DNA of 64,000 nt from a virus. Below, piece after piece: positions 16,042-26,278 of the stretch (its first letter is position 1; each line of letters begins with the position of its first letter). The DNA is taken from the IMG/VR virus record IMGVR_UViG_3300043436_003324; one strand, given 5' to 3'. The translations under genes and the position numbers were made by a program. The notes beneath the pieces are model-generated. The model worked only from the letters and a program-made list of their open reading frames with translations, did no database searches and had not been told where the DNA came from.

Positions 16042-17814
16042 ATGAGTTTAACAAAAGAACAAGTGATGTTAGAATATGTTAGGTGTATGAAAGATACGGA
16101 ATACGCCTTAAAAACATATCTACAAACATACGATAATACAGTATCTAAATACGTACCATTACAACTATTTCCTGATCAAGTTTCTTTATTGAAAGATTAC
16201 GAGGACTACGAAGAGAACATTGCATTAAAATATAGACAGGCAGGAGTTTCTACCGTTACTGCGGCTTGGGTATCAAAAAGGTTAGTTTTTGCAAAAAAGA
16301 CCCAACCTGAAAAAATTCTAATAATTGCCAACAAACTTGATACCTCAATGGAAATGGCTAATAAAATAAGAGCGTTTGTTGATCAATGGCCTTCGTGGGT
16401 TGGTGCTGGATTTTCCATAGATAAAAACTCACAAAAACATTATAAATTAAATAATGGTAGTGAAGTAAAGGCGGTAGCAACATCAAAAGATGCGTTACGT
16501 GGATTTACCCCAACCATTCTTGTGTTTGATGAGGCGGCATTTATCGAGGCCGATAGTGATTTTTGGCCGGCTTGTATGGCCTCGTTATCTACTGGAGGTA
16601 AAGTAATTGTAGTATCAACACCAAATGGTTATGACCCAATATATTACGAAATATATGATCAAACATTAAAAGGTTTTAATAACTTTAAAATTTCTGAAAT
16701 GTTTTGGTGGAGAGATCCAAGATACGCCAAAGATTTGTTTTTAGTTCCTACAGATGATCTTGTACATTATCTTTTAAATAAAGATGAACAGGATGAGTCT
16801 AAACATGTCTCCTTTGCACATATTGACCCGTATGTTAGGGATCATACGGAAATATCTAAATACTTTAAAGAGGGATACAAACCGTGTTCAAATTGGTACG
16901 AAAAAATGGTTAAAAAATTAAAGTACGATAAGAGGAAGATCAATCAAGAGTTAAATTGTGAGTTCTTAGGTTCAGGGGATAATGTATTTGATAATAAACA
17001 ATTAGAGGAAATAAAAAATAACACCCTTTTAGAACCTGAAGGTAAATTAATGGGTAACTCATTATGGATGTGGAAAGAACCAATATTGGGCAATAAATAC
17101 ATAATGGGGGTTGACGTATCAAGAGGGGATAGTGAGGATTTTAGTTCAATACAAATTATTGATTTTGATGCGAGAGAACAAGTTTTTGAATACGTTGGTA
17201 AAATTCCACCTGATTCTCTTGCTGAGATCGCATATAAATGGGGGATTATGTATAATGCGTTTATTGTTGTCGATATCACCGGAGGTATGGGAATAACAAC
17301 AGTTAGAAAATTACAAGAATTAGGATACAAAAGTTTATACGTTGAGGGTATTGATACCACAAGTATATGGTCTAATGCAAGTAAGGCGGTGGATAAAATC
17401 CCCGGAATTAACTTTAATAATAAAAGAGTACAAATAATTGCGGCATTTGAGGAGGCAGTTAGACACAAATTTAAAATAAAAAGTGTTAGATTATATAATG
17501 AAATGAACACTTTTATATATGTAAATGGTAGACCAGATCACCAAAGAGGACAACATGATGACCTTATCATGGGGATATCAATGGCAATTTATGTTGGGGA
17601 ATCTTCCTTTACAAAATTAGAAAAGGTCGCCCAACAAGCTAAGGTTATGTTGGAGTCTTGGACCGTAGCGTCAAATGATTCTGTTGCAAAAGAGGCTCAC
17701 TTTAATCCATTGTTACCTAACATGAATGTTAAAAGAGATAATTTTGGTAGGGAAATTAATGCCGCAACAAAAGATGATTACATTAAATACGGGTGGTTAT
17801 TTGGTGGTAGGTAA
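16042..17814 (+). CDS. terL: Terminase large subunit (T4 gp17-like)
   Basis: KYRQAGVST Walker A, LRGFTPTILVFDEAAF, VSTPNG, and nuclease motifs MGVDVSRG and HDDL. Confidence 0.93.
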   Translation: MSLTKEQVMLEYVRCMKDTEYALKTYLQTYDNTVSKYVPLQLFPDQVSLLKDYEDYEENIALKYRQAGVSTVTAAWVSKRLVFAKKTQPEKILIIANKLDTSMEMANKIRAFVDQWPSWVGAGFSIDKNSQKHYKLNNGSEVKAVATSKDALRGFTPTILVFDEAAFIEADSDFWPACMASLSTGGKVIVVSTPNGYDPIYYEIYDQTLKGFNNFKISEMFWWRDPRYAKDLFLVPTDDLVHYLLNKDEQDESKHVSFAHIDPYVRDHTEISKYFKEGYKPCSNWYEKMVKKLKYDKRKINQELNCEFLGSGDNVFDNKQLEEIKNNTLLEPEGKLMGNSLWMWKEPILGNKYIMGVDVSRGDSEDFSSIQIIDFDAREQVFEYVGKIPPDSLAEIAYKWGIMYNAFIVVDITGGMGITTVRKLQELGYKSLYVEGIDTTSIWSNASKAVDKIPGINFNNKRVQIIAAFEEAVRHKFKIKSVRLYNEMNTFIYVNGRPDHQRGQHDDLIMGISMAIYVGESSFTKLEKVAQQAKVMLESWTVASNDSVAKEAHFNPLLPNMNVKRDNFGREINAATKDDYIKYGWLFGGR

Positions 17815-17825
17815 TATTTATAATT

Positions 17826-17993
17826 ATGGGTAGTGTTCAGAGAAAAAAAAGTGGTAAAATATTTGCGGGTTCAGACTTAATTATAACAGGTCAAGGCATC
17901 TATAGTGTTAAAGTTATTAAACCAACTTTTAACAAGAAAAGTCAGTATAATATGATTGAAGAAATAACCACAACAACCACCACAACAAAATAA
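17826..17993 (+). CDS. Small protein (55 aa) ending in poly-Thr, not in ORF track
   Basis: MGSVQRKKSGKIFAGSDLIITGQGIYSVKVIKPTFNKKSQYNMIEEITTTTTTTK*, with TATTTAT at 17815. Confidence 0.6.
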   Translation: MGSVQRKKSGKIFAGSDLIITGQGIYSVKVIKPTFNKKSQYNMIEEITTTTTTTK

Positions 17994-18058
17994 TGGAATA
18001 TATTTATAATATAAGACAATAAACTTTATAAAAAAAAATTATAAGTTAAATTTTAATT

Positions 18059-19873
18059 ATGGAACAAAACGAAAAAAATTTAACGATTTGGCAAAGATTA
18101 TCCAAAACGTTCGGACCTAATTCATTATTAGGGATGGATGATCCTACCTATAGGTTTGATAAAAAAGAAATATTAAAGACTACCGATAAGTCTAAATTTG
18201 AAAAAGAGAAATTAGAAATCCAACAAACTTTATTTTTAAGTGATAATTGGAAAAAGATTGAAAATAACTTATACAGTCAAGCGGTATATTACGAACCAAA
18301 CAGAATGTCCGCATTCTACGATTATGAATCTATGGAATATACACCAGAAATCTCAACGGCCTTGGATATATATGCTGAGGAGTCAACAACATCAAACCAT
18401 GATGGGTTTATATTACAAGTTTATTCTGAATCACAAAGAATTAAAAGTATCTTAGTAGATTTATTTAATAATAATTTAGATATTAATACAAACTTACAAA
18501 TGTGGGTAAGAAACATGTGTAAGTATGGTGATAACTTTGTTTACTTAAAACTTGACCCTGAAAAAGGTATTGTAAGTTGTATGCAATTACCTAATATTGA
18601 AATCGAAAGATTAGAAAGAGGTATGGAATCCAGGACTATAAACACCACCCCATCAACAAAAAACGAGAAAAACTTAAGGTTTACTTGGAAAAATAAGGAT
18701 ATGGAGTTTAACACTTGGGAAATGGCCCATTTTAGATTGCTAGGTGATGATAGAAAATTACCATATGGTACATCGATGTTAGAAAAGGCTCGTAGAATAT
18801 GGAAACAACTTGTATTGGCGGAAGATGCTATGTTAATTTATAGAACATCAAGAGCTCCCGAAAGAAGAGTATTTAAAGTCTTTGTTGGTAATATGGACGA
18901 TAAAGATGTTGAGGCTTACGTACAAAGAGTGGCAAATAAATTTAAACGAGATCAAATTGTTGATTCTAAAACAGGTAATGTTGATTTACGTTTCAACCAA
19001 ATGGCGGTAGATCAAGATTACTTTATTCCTGTTAGGGACGCAACACAGACAATGCCTATTGAGACATTGGCAGGGGCAGCAAATCTTTCTGAGATTGCCG
19101 ATATTGAATACATCCAAAAGAAATTATTAACCGCATTAAGAATACCAAAAGCGTATATAGGTTTTGAAGAAGCGGTGGGTGATGGTAAAAATTTATCTTT
19201 ATTAGATATTAGATTTGCAAGAACTATTCATAAAATACAAAAAAGTATAATTTCGGAATTAAATAAAATTGCGATTATACATTTATTTTTACTTGGGTTT
19301 GAGGATGAATTAAATAACTTTACTTTAGGTTTAACTAACCCATCTAAACAGGCCGATCTATTAATGGTTGAGGTATGGAAAGAAAAGGTTTTATTGTATA
19401 AGGATATGGTTACAGAAATTCCAAATTCACTACAACCTACATCCGCAACTTGGGCTAAAAAACATATTTTTGGTTTTTCTGATGAAGAAATTAAATTAGA
19501 ATTACAACAAATAAGATTAGAAAGGGCGGTGTCAGCCGAATTGGCAAATACACCAACAATAATTACTCACACAGGATTCTTTGATACTGTAGATAAACTT
19601 TATAAAACTCAAACAGGAAGTACCCAAACTGCGGGTGCCGATCCAGCAGCAGGAGGGTCAACACCTCCACCAATGGGAGGAGGACCACCTCCACCACCTG
19701 GAGGAGCAGAGTCGGCAGGAGGACCACCAATCCCTGAAAGTATTAAGAAAAATAATTTAAACTTACTTTTAGAAAGTGATGACATATTTGGGGATGAATA
19801 TATTGATTTATCAAAGGCATCAAATTCTTTAGGGGATATAGAACAAGAACTTGATAAATTACTAAACAGTTAA
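18059..19873 (+). CDS. Portal protein (T4 gp20-like)
   Basis: PEISTALDIYAEE, LAEDAMLIYRTSRAPERRVFKVFVGNM, DYFIPVR and LRIPK motifs. Confidence 0.92.
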   Translation: MEQNEKNLTIWQRLSKTFGPNSLLGMDDPTYRFDKKEILKTTDKSKFEKEKLEIQQTLFLSDNWKKIENNLYSQAVYYEPNRMSAFYDYESMEYTPEISTALDIYAEESTTSNHDGFILQVYSESQRIKSILVDLFNNNLDINTNLQMWVRNMCKYGDNFVYLKLDPEKGIVSCMQLPNIEIERLERGMESRTINTTPSTKNEKNLRFTWKNKDMEFNTWEMAHFRLLGDDRKLPYGTSMLEKARRIWKQLVLAEDAMLIYRTSRAPERRVFKVFVGNMDDKDVEAYVQRVANKFKRDQIVDSKTGNVDLRFNQMAVDQDYFIPVRDATQTMPIETLAGAANLSEIADIEYIQKKLLTALRIPKAYIGFEEAVGDGKNLSLLDIRFARTIHKIQKSIISELNKIAIIHLFLLGFEDELNNFTLGLTNPSKQADLLMVEVWKEKVLLYKDMVTEIPNSLQPTSATWAKKHIFGFSDEEIKLELQQIRLERAVSAELANTPTIITHTGFFDTVDKLYKTQTGSTQTAGADPAAGGSTPPPMGGGPPPPPGGAESAGGPPIPESIKKNNLNLLLESDDIFGDEYIDLSKASNSLGDIEQELDKLLNS

Positions 19874-19893
19874 TATTTATAATAAAAAAAAAT

Positions 19894-20613
19894 ATGAAAT
19901 TTGGTGTTTTAAAATCTAAAATAGAAAAGTGTTTAATTGAGTCATACAATAAAAACACGTTAAAAGATAATATTTTTATCTTTAATGAATTGGTTAAAAA
20001 GAACAAAAATATAAGTAAAATTTATTATTTATATGATGAACTTTCATCTAATAAAGGTTTGTCCGAATCAGTGGCGAATGATTTTATTAATGGGTCAATA
20101 ACAATATATGAGAACGCATTAAACAAAATTAATAAAAAGGACATCCAAGAAATTAGTTTATGGTTAAATAACGTTAACACAAAAAACGAATACGAAAAAA
20201 TAGATAACCTATTTTCAAGTAATGTTGTTATGTTGGAAAGTAAAATCCAAAGTAGAAAACTTGTTGTTGAGGGTCTTAAGTCATCCAAACCATTTTCTAA
20301 TAACGAGGTTGTTTCACTTCCTTTAGAAAGTATGGTTAAAGTTGCTAATGATACAATTACAAATTATTTATCTAATGTTAGTGAGTCAGAAAAAAAAGAA
20401 ATACTTAGTTTATTAAAAGAAGATAACGATAAGTTAGAAATTAAATTTGACTTCATTAAAGAAAACACAATAAAAAGACTTGAGAATATATTATCTTCTG
20501 ACTCAGATCCTGATACTGTTGGGGCAATTAAGGAAACTATTGAAAAGGTTAAAAATGAATCTTTTGATAAAATCTCCTATATAAAATTAAAAAATCTAAA
20601 TGAAAGTCTTTAA
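19894..20613 (+). CDS. Hypothetical protein in the head module
   Basis: 239-aa ORF between portal and bS21; TATTTAT at 19874. Confidence 0.75.
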   Translation: MKFGVLKSKIEKCLIESYNKNTLKDNIFIFNELVKKNKNISKIYYLYDELSSNKGLSESVANDFINGSITIYENALNKINKKDIQEISLWLNNVNTKNEYEKIDNLFSSNVVMLESKIQSRKLVVEGLKSSKPFSNNEVVSLPLESMVKVANDTITNYLSNVSESEKKEILSLLKEDNDKLEIKFDFIKENTIKRLENILSSDSDPDTVGAIKETIEKVKNESFDKISYIKLKNLNESL

Positions 20614-20789
20614 TTAAAATTCTTTTGTTTATATTTTGAATTATTTAAAATCTGTCTATTAATGACAGATTTTTTTTTATATTCTTTTAAATCATTTAAG
20701 ATACTATTCTGTCTTGTTTTGATAACTTTACTTTTTAATTCTTTTAGAGATCGTTCGATATCTCCTTTTTTCACCTTTACTATTAACAT
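20610..20789 (-). CDS. rpsU: Phage-encoded 30S ribosomal protein bS21 (59 aa), not in ORF track
   Basis: MLIVKVKKGDIERSLKELKSKVIKTRQNSILNDLKEYKKKSVINRQILNNSKYKQKNFN* aligns with the Bacteroidetes S21 pattern (MLII.VK.G..I.RALK..K.K...EF.KPSV..R.....A.Y). Confidence 0.85.
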   Translation of the reverse strand: MLIVKVKKGDIERSLKELKSKVIKTRQNSILNDLKEYKKKSVINRQILNNSKYKQKNFN

Positions 20790-20826
20790 AAATTTATATT
20801 GATTTTGTTTACCTTGATATATATAA

Positions 20827-20858
20827 CAAATTTAAGTAAACTTATTCAAAATAAACAA
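20827..20858 (-). promoter_or_regulatory. Host-type sigma70 promoter for rpsU
   Basis: Minus strand TTG-N21-TAAATTTG. Confidence 0.55.
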
Positions 20859-20878
20859 TTTTACTATGAAAAAAAAAT

Positions 20879-21346
20879 ATGAAAAAAGGAAAAACCTCAA
20901 AAATCAACGGGTTCAGAACGTCAAAAATAACTTACGGAACTGTTGATTCGAAAGAATTTAAATCACTCTATTTAAATTTACAAACTTGGGTAGAACCTAA
21001 AAAAGACTCTGAAAATTGGACAAGGGTTGTCTTAAATATGAATAGGGCAATTAAACACTCCTTATACCAAAACATGGATAAAAATATATTTGATGAAAAA
21101 TTTATTGTTGATTTGGATCTTAGAACAAGTGGATTACAATTAAAGAAAAAATCATTTATGAATTTGGAGGTTAACTTATATCTAATTAAAGAAATTGACT
21201 TTAAATCACTAGCATTAAAAAAATCATTAAAATTATTAGTAAAAAACATATACGATGATGTCTTAAATAAGAACGAATATTTTAAATGTTATTTAACTAA
21301 AAATGGAAATTCTAAGGTAATAAAAGTAAAAACCGAAAAAGTTTAA
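20879..21346 (+). CDS. Hypothetical protein flanking bS21
   Basis: 155-aa ORF. Confidence 0.75.
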   Translation: MKKGKTSKINGFRTSKITYGTVDSKEFKSLYLNLQTWVEPKKDSENWTRVVLNMNRAIKHSLYQNMDKNIFDEKFIVDLDLRTSGLQLKKKSFMNLEVNLYLIKEIDFKSLALKKSLKLLVKNIYDDVLNKNEYFKCYLTKNGNSKVIKVKTEKV

Positions 21347-21367
21347 TATTTATTAAAAAACTTTAAA

Positions 21368-22087
21368 ATGAAAATATTAGGACCTAATGAAATTGGAAAG
21401 GGCATTCTTATAGAATATGATGCGGGATACATTAATCCAAGAACTGTAAACAATCAATATATACTTGAGTCTAATAATAATAATTTAGACCATTCAAAAC
21501 CATTTGAATTTTATGCGGTATTACAAAAATACGATACCCCAAATAGAAACGGTAGAATTTACCCTGAAAAAATTCTAAAAAGAGAATCTGAGAATTATAA
21601 AAAAATGATCGATAAAGGAACCTCTCTTTCTGAATTAAATCACCCTGAATCATCATTAATTGATTTAGATAGAGTTTCACACATTATCACAGAAGTTTGG
21701 TGGGATGGTCCGGTTCTTTTAGGTAAATTGAGATTACTTACAAGTCCAGGATTTCATGAAAGTGGTATATGTTCAACAAAAGGTGACTTAGCGGCAAATT
21801 ACCTAAGACAAGGAGTTACTTTAGGTATATCCTCTCGTGGTGTAGGATCATTAAAAAAGGTTGGAGAACAAAACGAAGTACAGGATGATTTTGAACTTAT
21901 ATGTTTTGATTTAGTGTCTTCACCATCAACTCCTGGTGCTTATTTATTCTTAGATAAAAATGACAGATCAAAATTTGATGAGAATTTAGAAGAAAATAAA
22001 AAAATGTCAGTAGAAAGAAATGTTGGTGAATCCGGAAATAAATCTCTTGACTTAATGAAAAGATTAACCGATTATTTGGGTAAATAA
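21368..22087 (+). CDS. Prohead core protease (T4 gp21-like)
   Basis: PNRNGRIYP, ELNHPE, VSHII, LGISSRGVGS, FDLVSSPSTPGAY. Confidence 0.93.
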   Translation: MKILGPNEIGKGILIEYDAGYINPRTVNNQYILESNNNNLDHSKPFEFYAVLQKYDTPNRNGRIYPEKILKRESENYKKMIDKGTSLSELNHPESSLIDLDRVSHIITEVWWDGPVLLGKLRLLTSPGFHESGICSTKGDLAANYLRQGVTLGISSRGVGSLKKVGEQNEVQDDFELICFDLVSSPSTPGAYLFLDKNDRSKFDENLEENKKMSVERNVGESGNKSLDLMKRLTDYLGK

Positions 22088-22095
22088 AAAAAATT

Positions 22096-22311
22096 ATGGA
22101 ACAAGGAGAAAAATATTTTGTAGCAAAAATTGCTTCTGATTTATTAGATAGTGAATCAGGAAAAGTAAAAAAAGTAAAAGAAGAAAAATTAGTTTTAGGG
22201 TATACCCCAACGGATGTTGAGGCAAAAGTAACCAAAGTTTACGAACACTACACAATGGATTGGAGAATTACTTCAATTACAGAAAGTAAGATTGATGAGG
22301 TTATTGAATAA
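22096..22311 (+). CDS. Small hypothetical protein
   Basis: 71-aa ORF followed by a terminator. Confidence 0.7.
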   Translation: MEQGEKYFVAKIASDLLDSESGKVKKVKEEKLVLGYTPTDVEAKVTKVYEHYTMDWRITSITESKIDEVIE

Positions 22312-22331
22312 ATAAAAAACTTAAAATTTTG

Positions 22332-22363
22332 AAAAGGAGGTACTAATAATACCTCCTTTTTTT
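22332..22363 (+). terminator. Intrinsic terminator
   Basis: AAAAGGAGGTA-CTAATAA-TACCTCCTTTT followed by Ts. Confidence 0.8.
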
Positions 22364-22429
22364 ATTTATATTAATAAAAACTGAATTTTTTACAAACTCA
22401 TAATATTTATTTGATAAAACAAACTATAA

Positions 22430-24178
22430 ATGAGTAGAAAAACAGTAGTAGAAGAGGCAGTTATCCAAATGAAAAATTTAGAAGACGCTCTTAAAGAAAA
22501 CGCAAAAGGAATACTTGCTTCGACAATGAGACAAGAAATCAAATCACTAGTAAAAGAATCTCTGAAAGAACAAGATGAGGTTGACACTGATGACGAAGAA
22601 GAGGTTGATATTGTATCGCCTGATGACGAAGAAGACGTTAATGTTGACGATGAGGAAACTTTTGACGTAGAAGACGATGACATGGATCTAGAAGACGATG
22701 ACATTGACGACGAAGACGATGACATTGACGACGAAGATGAAGACATGGGAGTTAATATGGGTCTTGACGTGGATGACGAAGAAGAAACTATCGACATGAG
22801 AGGTGCTAGCGACGAAGATGTTGCGGTTGTATTCTCTAAGATGGGTAAAAATGATAAAGTTTCTATCGAAAAAATTGGTGACTATTATGATCTTAAAGAC
22901 ACTGAAAATGACACTGAATATATTATAAAATTAAATGAATCTGATGAGGATGAGTTTGGTTCTATGAGAGGTCGTTATTTTGGTGACGAAGAAGAGGAAG
23001 ATGAGTTTGGTCCTATAATGGGTTCTACCTTTGATGATGAAGAAGATGATGAAGATCGTTTTGGATCTATGATGGGTTCTACCTTTGATGATGAAGATCG
23101 TTTTGGATCTATGATGGGTTCTACCTTTGATGATGAAGATCGTTTTGGATCTATGAAAGGCGGACGTTTTGATGATGAAGATCGTTTTGGATCTATGAAA
23201 GGCGGACGTTTTGATGATGAAGATCGTTTTGGATCTATGAAAGGCGGACGTTTTGGTAGAGAACCAGAAGAAACTATTTATGAGTTAGAAATCGGTGAGG
23301 AAATGGAAGGAGACGTTGGTTTAGGTGAAGACCTTGATGAAATGTACATGGATGAAGATATGTCTTATGAAGATCTTGGTGAAATGTATGTGGATGAAGA
23401 TATGACCTATGAAGACCTTGACGAAATGTTTGTTGAAGAAGAATCTGAAGTAGATTTTGAAAGTCTACCTAAAATGAATTTAAACAAATATAAAGTACAC
23501 GAATCTAAACAAAAAACAGGAAGTGCATCAAAATTTAAATATAGTAAAAAACCAAACCAAGAAGGTGGGTTTGACACAAAAATGAAAGAAGGTTCTAAAC
23601 GTTATGGAAAATCAGGTAAAGCTAATTTTGATTACGATAACGAAGACCCAAATTCAGAAATTGTGATGAAAATTGTGAACAAAATTACTAAAGGTAAAAA
23701 AATTGAAACTAAAGAGGCTTCAAGAACATTGGCGAACAACAGAAAGGTAAAAAGAAACTTAATGGCGTCACCAAGTCAATTGAAAGAAGAAGTTGAAGTA
23801 CTAAGAGAAAAGAATGACGAATACAGAAAAGCCCTTGATTTGTTTAGAACAAAATTAAATGAGGTGGCGGTATTCAATTCTAACTTGGCATACGCAACAA
23901 GATTGTTCACAGAACATTCAACAACTAAACCAGAAAAAATAAATATTTTGAGAAGATTCGATAATGTTGAATCTTTAAAAGAATCCAAAAATCTTTATCA
24001 AATTCTTAAAGGTGAATTATCTAACAATAATTTATCTGATAATAGTATTAACGAATCATTTAATAGAACCGTAACAAAATCTCCGTCTACGGGATCTTCG
24101 GTTAATTTAATTGAATCAAAAACATACGAAAATCCACAATTCTTAAGAATGAAAGACTTAATGGGTAAAATAAAATAA
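22430..24178 (+). CDS. Prohead scaffolding/core protein (gp22-like position)
   Basis: Very acidic with a coiled-coil C-terminus; lies between the protease and major capsid genes. Confidence 0.75.
   Translation: MSRKTVVEEAVIQMKNLEDALKENAKGILASTMRQEIKSLVKESLKEQDEVDTDDEEEVDIVSPDDEEDVNVDDEETFDVEDDDMDLEDDDIDDEDDDIDDEDEDMGVNMGLDVDDEEETIDMRGASDEDVAVVFSKMGKNDKVSIEKIGDYYDLKDTENDTEYIIKLNESDEDEFGSMRGRYFGDEEEEDEFGPIMGSTFDDEEDDEDRFGSMMGSTFDDEDRFGSMMGSTFDDEDRFGSMKGGRFDDEDRFGSMKGGRFDDEDRFGSMKGGRFGREPEETIYELEIGEEMEGDVGLGEDLDEMYMDEDMSYEDLGEMYVDEDMTYEDLDEMFVEEESEVDFESLPKMNLNKYKVHESKQKTGSASKFKYSKKPNQEGGFDTKMKEGSKRYGKSGKANFDYDNEDPNSEIVMKIVNKITKGKKIETKEASRTLANNRKVKRNLMASPSQLKEEVEVLREKNDEYRKALDLFRTKLNEVAVFNSNLAYATRLFTEHSTTKPEKINILRRFDNVESLKESKNLYQILKGELSNNNLSDNSINESFNRTVTKSPSTGSSVNLIESKTYENPQFLRMKDLMGKIK
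23045..23254 (+). repeat. 42-bp in-frame tandem repeat x5 (DDEDRFGSMMGSTF x2, DDEDRFGSMKGGRF x3)
   Basis: Directly visible, with two degenerate copies upstream. Confidence 0.95.
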
Positions 24179-24251
24179 AATAAACTTTTTAAAACAAACG
24201 TATATTTATAATATACATAAATAAAAAATAAAGCAAAAAAAACAAATAAAA

Positions 24252-26132
24252 ATGGGAGCATTATTAGAATCAGGTCTTGTTGGTAATATTGGGTTAAAAC
24301 ACCTTAAAGTTATCAAAGAAGACACAATTAACAAATGGGATAGATTAGGATTCCTTGAAGGCCTTAAAGGTCACCTAAAAGAAAACGTAGCACAGTTATA
24401 TGAAAACCAAGCTTCTTTCTTGATTAACGAATCAACTTCTGAAACTTCTAACGGAGCGTTCGAAACTGTTGTTTTCCCTATCGTAAGAAGAGTTTTCTCT
24501 AAATTGTTAGCGAATGATATCGTATCAGTACAAGCAATGAACTTACCAATCGGTAAATTGTTCTTCTTTGTACCTCGTATACAAGGATATAACACAGAAG
24601 CTGGAGCTACCAATCCAGGAGGACAACACTACTCTCCAATTGGTTCTCCACAAGCAATTGATGACGGAACTAATAATCCTAACCAAGGATATCCAGGTGG
24701 ACCAGGAACATCATACACTAAAAATCTTTATGATTTATTTTATGAAGGTAATGAGGCAGGATTAGATCCTCCAGGATTGTTTGATTACTCAAAAGGTCAA
24801 TGGACTGCGGTAACTCAACCGGCTATTGCTATGGTATGGTCAGGTTCAAACTTAGTTTCGGCAAGTACCCAATTTGATAATGTAAATACAAGAAAAATGA
24901 TTATTAAACTTTGTGGATTTAATAACGCAGGTGTTGGTAAATTAATCGGACCTGATGGTAACGAAATCGATACTGAAACTTTCCTTTCAGATCTTAAAAT
25001 AACTGCCGATTTAGATGTATTAACAGGAACTACAGGTTGTCCTAATTTAGATCCTGCCGTTGCAGGTTCAACTTTATCCGCACCATTATTATTTAGAGTT
25101 GTTACTCAAATTTATGGTAAAGGTATTGTACAACCTACATCAACTAACGCACCTACAACATTCCCAGGAACTGGTAATGGTGGAAATTACAATGACATCT
25201 GTTCACAAGATGGTTGTATATTTTTAGAAGTTGACCTTTCTTGTCCAGCATGTGTTGAATGTTCAGAGATTACATTAGATGGTTACACAGGAACTACAAT
25301 TGGAGGATTTTCGGCTAATACTGCGGTTTTAGGATCATCTCCATTCGTAGCGGTTTATAAAAGATATAAAAGTTTAGAATTTGAAGATCAAATTGGTGAA
25401 GTTTCTTTTGACCTTGAGTCAGTTACAGTATCTGTTACAGAAAGAAAACTAAGAGCACAATGGTCTCCTGAATTAGCACAAGACGTTGCTGCATTCCATA
25501 ACATCGACGCTGAGGCTGAATTGACGGCATTGTTGTCAGAACAAGTTGCGGCTGAGATCGACCGTGAAATTTTACGTGACTTACGTAAAGGAGCGGCTTG
25601 GAACCTACGTTGGGATTACAACGGATGGAGAAGATTGAGTTTAACAACTTCTTATACTCAAAAAGATTGGAACCAAACTTTGATCACTGCGATCAATCAG
25701 TTGTCAGCACAAATCCACAAATCTACTTTAAGAGGTGGAGCTAACTGGATCGTTGTTTCTTCTGAGGTTTCTGCAATCTTTGATGACTTAGAATACTTCC
25801 ACGTATCTAACGCATCTCCTGAGCAAGATCAGTATAACATGGGTATTGAGAGAGTTGGTACTTTGTCAGGACGTTACCAAGTTTACCGTGATCCTTACTT
25901 CCCACCAAACACAATTTTGATTGGACACAAAGGAACATCATTGTTAGACACAGGTTACATCTACGCACCGTACGTACCTCTACAATTAACACCTACAATG
26001 TACAATCCATTCAACTTTACACCTATCAAAGGTATTATGACAAGATACGCTAAGAAAATGGTTAACAACCGTTTCTACGCAAGAGTCACAGTTGATGGAG
26101 TTAGAACATTTGACTTAAGAGAATTGAGATAA
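24252..26132 (+). CDS. Major capsid protein (T4 gp23-like) with a large Cys-containing insertion
   Basis: DIVSVQAMNLPIGKLF, RKLRAQWSPELAQD, AEIDREI, YAPYVPLQ and GIMTRYA motifs. Confidence 0.95.
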   Translation: MGALLESGLVGNIGLKHLKVIKEDTINKWDRLGFLEGLKGHLKENVAQLYENQASFLINESTSETSNGAFETVVFPIVRRVFSKLLANDIVSVQAMNLPIGKLFFFVPRIQGYNTEAGATNPGGQHYSPIGSPQAIDDGTNNPNQGYPGGPGTSYTKNLYDLFYEGNEAGLDPPGLFDYSKGQWTAVTQPAIAMVWSGSNLVSASTQFDNVNTRKMIIKLCGFNNAGVGKLIGPDGNEIDTETFLSDLKITADLDVLTGTTGCPNLDPAVAGSTLSAPLLFRVVTQIYGKGIVQPTSTNAPTTFPGTGNGGNYNDICSQDGCIFLEVDLSCPACVECSEITLDGYTGTTIGGFSANTAVLGSSPFVAVYKRYKSLEFEDQIGEVSFDLESVTVSVTERKLRAQWSPELAQDVAAFHNIDAEAELTALLSEQVAAEIDREILRDLRKGAAWNLRWDYNGWRRLSLTTSYTQKDWNQTLITAINQLSAQIHKSTLRGGANWIVVSSEVSAIFDDLEYFHVSNASPEQDQYNMGIERVGTLSGRYQVYRDPYFPPNTILIGHKGTSLLDTGYIYAPYVPLQLTPTMYNPFNFTPIKGIMTRYAKKMVNNRFYARVTVDGVRTFDLRELR

Positions 26133-26152
26133 TCAATTAAACTGAATAAGAG

Positions 26153-26182
26153 AAAAGGAGATAAGAAATTATCTCCTTTTTT
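26153..26182 (+). terminator. Intrinsic terminator after the major capsid gene
   Basis: AAAAGGAGATAA-GAAA-TTATCTCCTTTT followed by Ts. Confidence 0.85.
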
Positions 26183-26278
26183 GTTATGGGCTAATTTATA
26201 ACACCATTATGCTCGACCGATCAAATTAATATCTAACACTAAATAATTTCATAAGTATTTATTAGTAAATGATATCTT

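Noticed and set aside
12094-22797. Long Ser-rich antisense or alternate-frame ORFs (12094, 12159, 12496, 14155, 16944, 22390 and similar)
   Set aside because: Shadow frames of acidic or repetitive real genes.
23045-23254. CRISPR array
   Set aside because: Units are contiguous 42-bp in-frame repeats with no unique spacers, inside the scaffold CDS.
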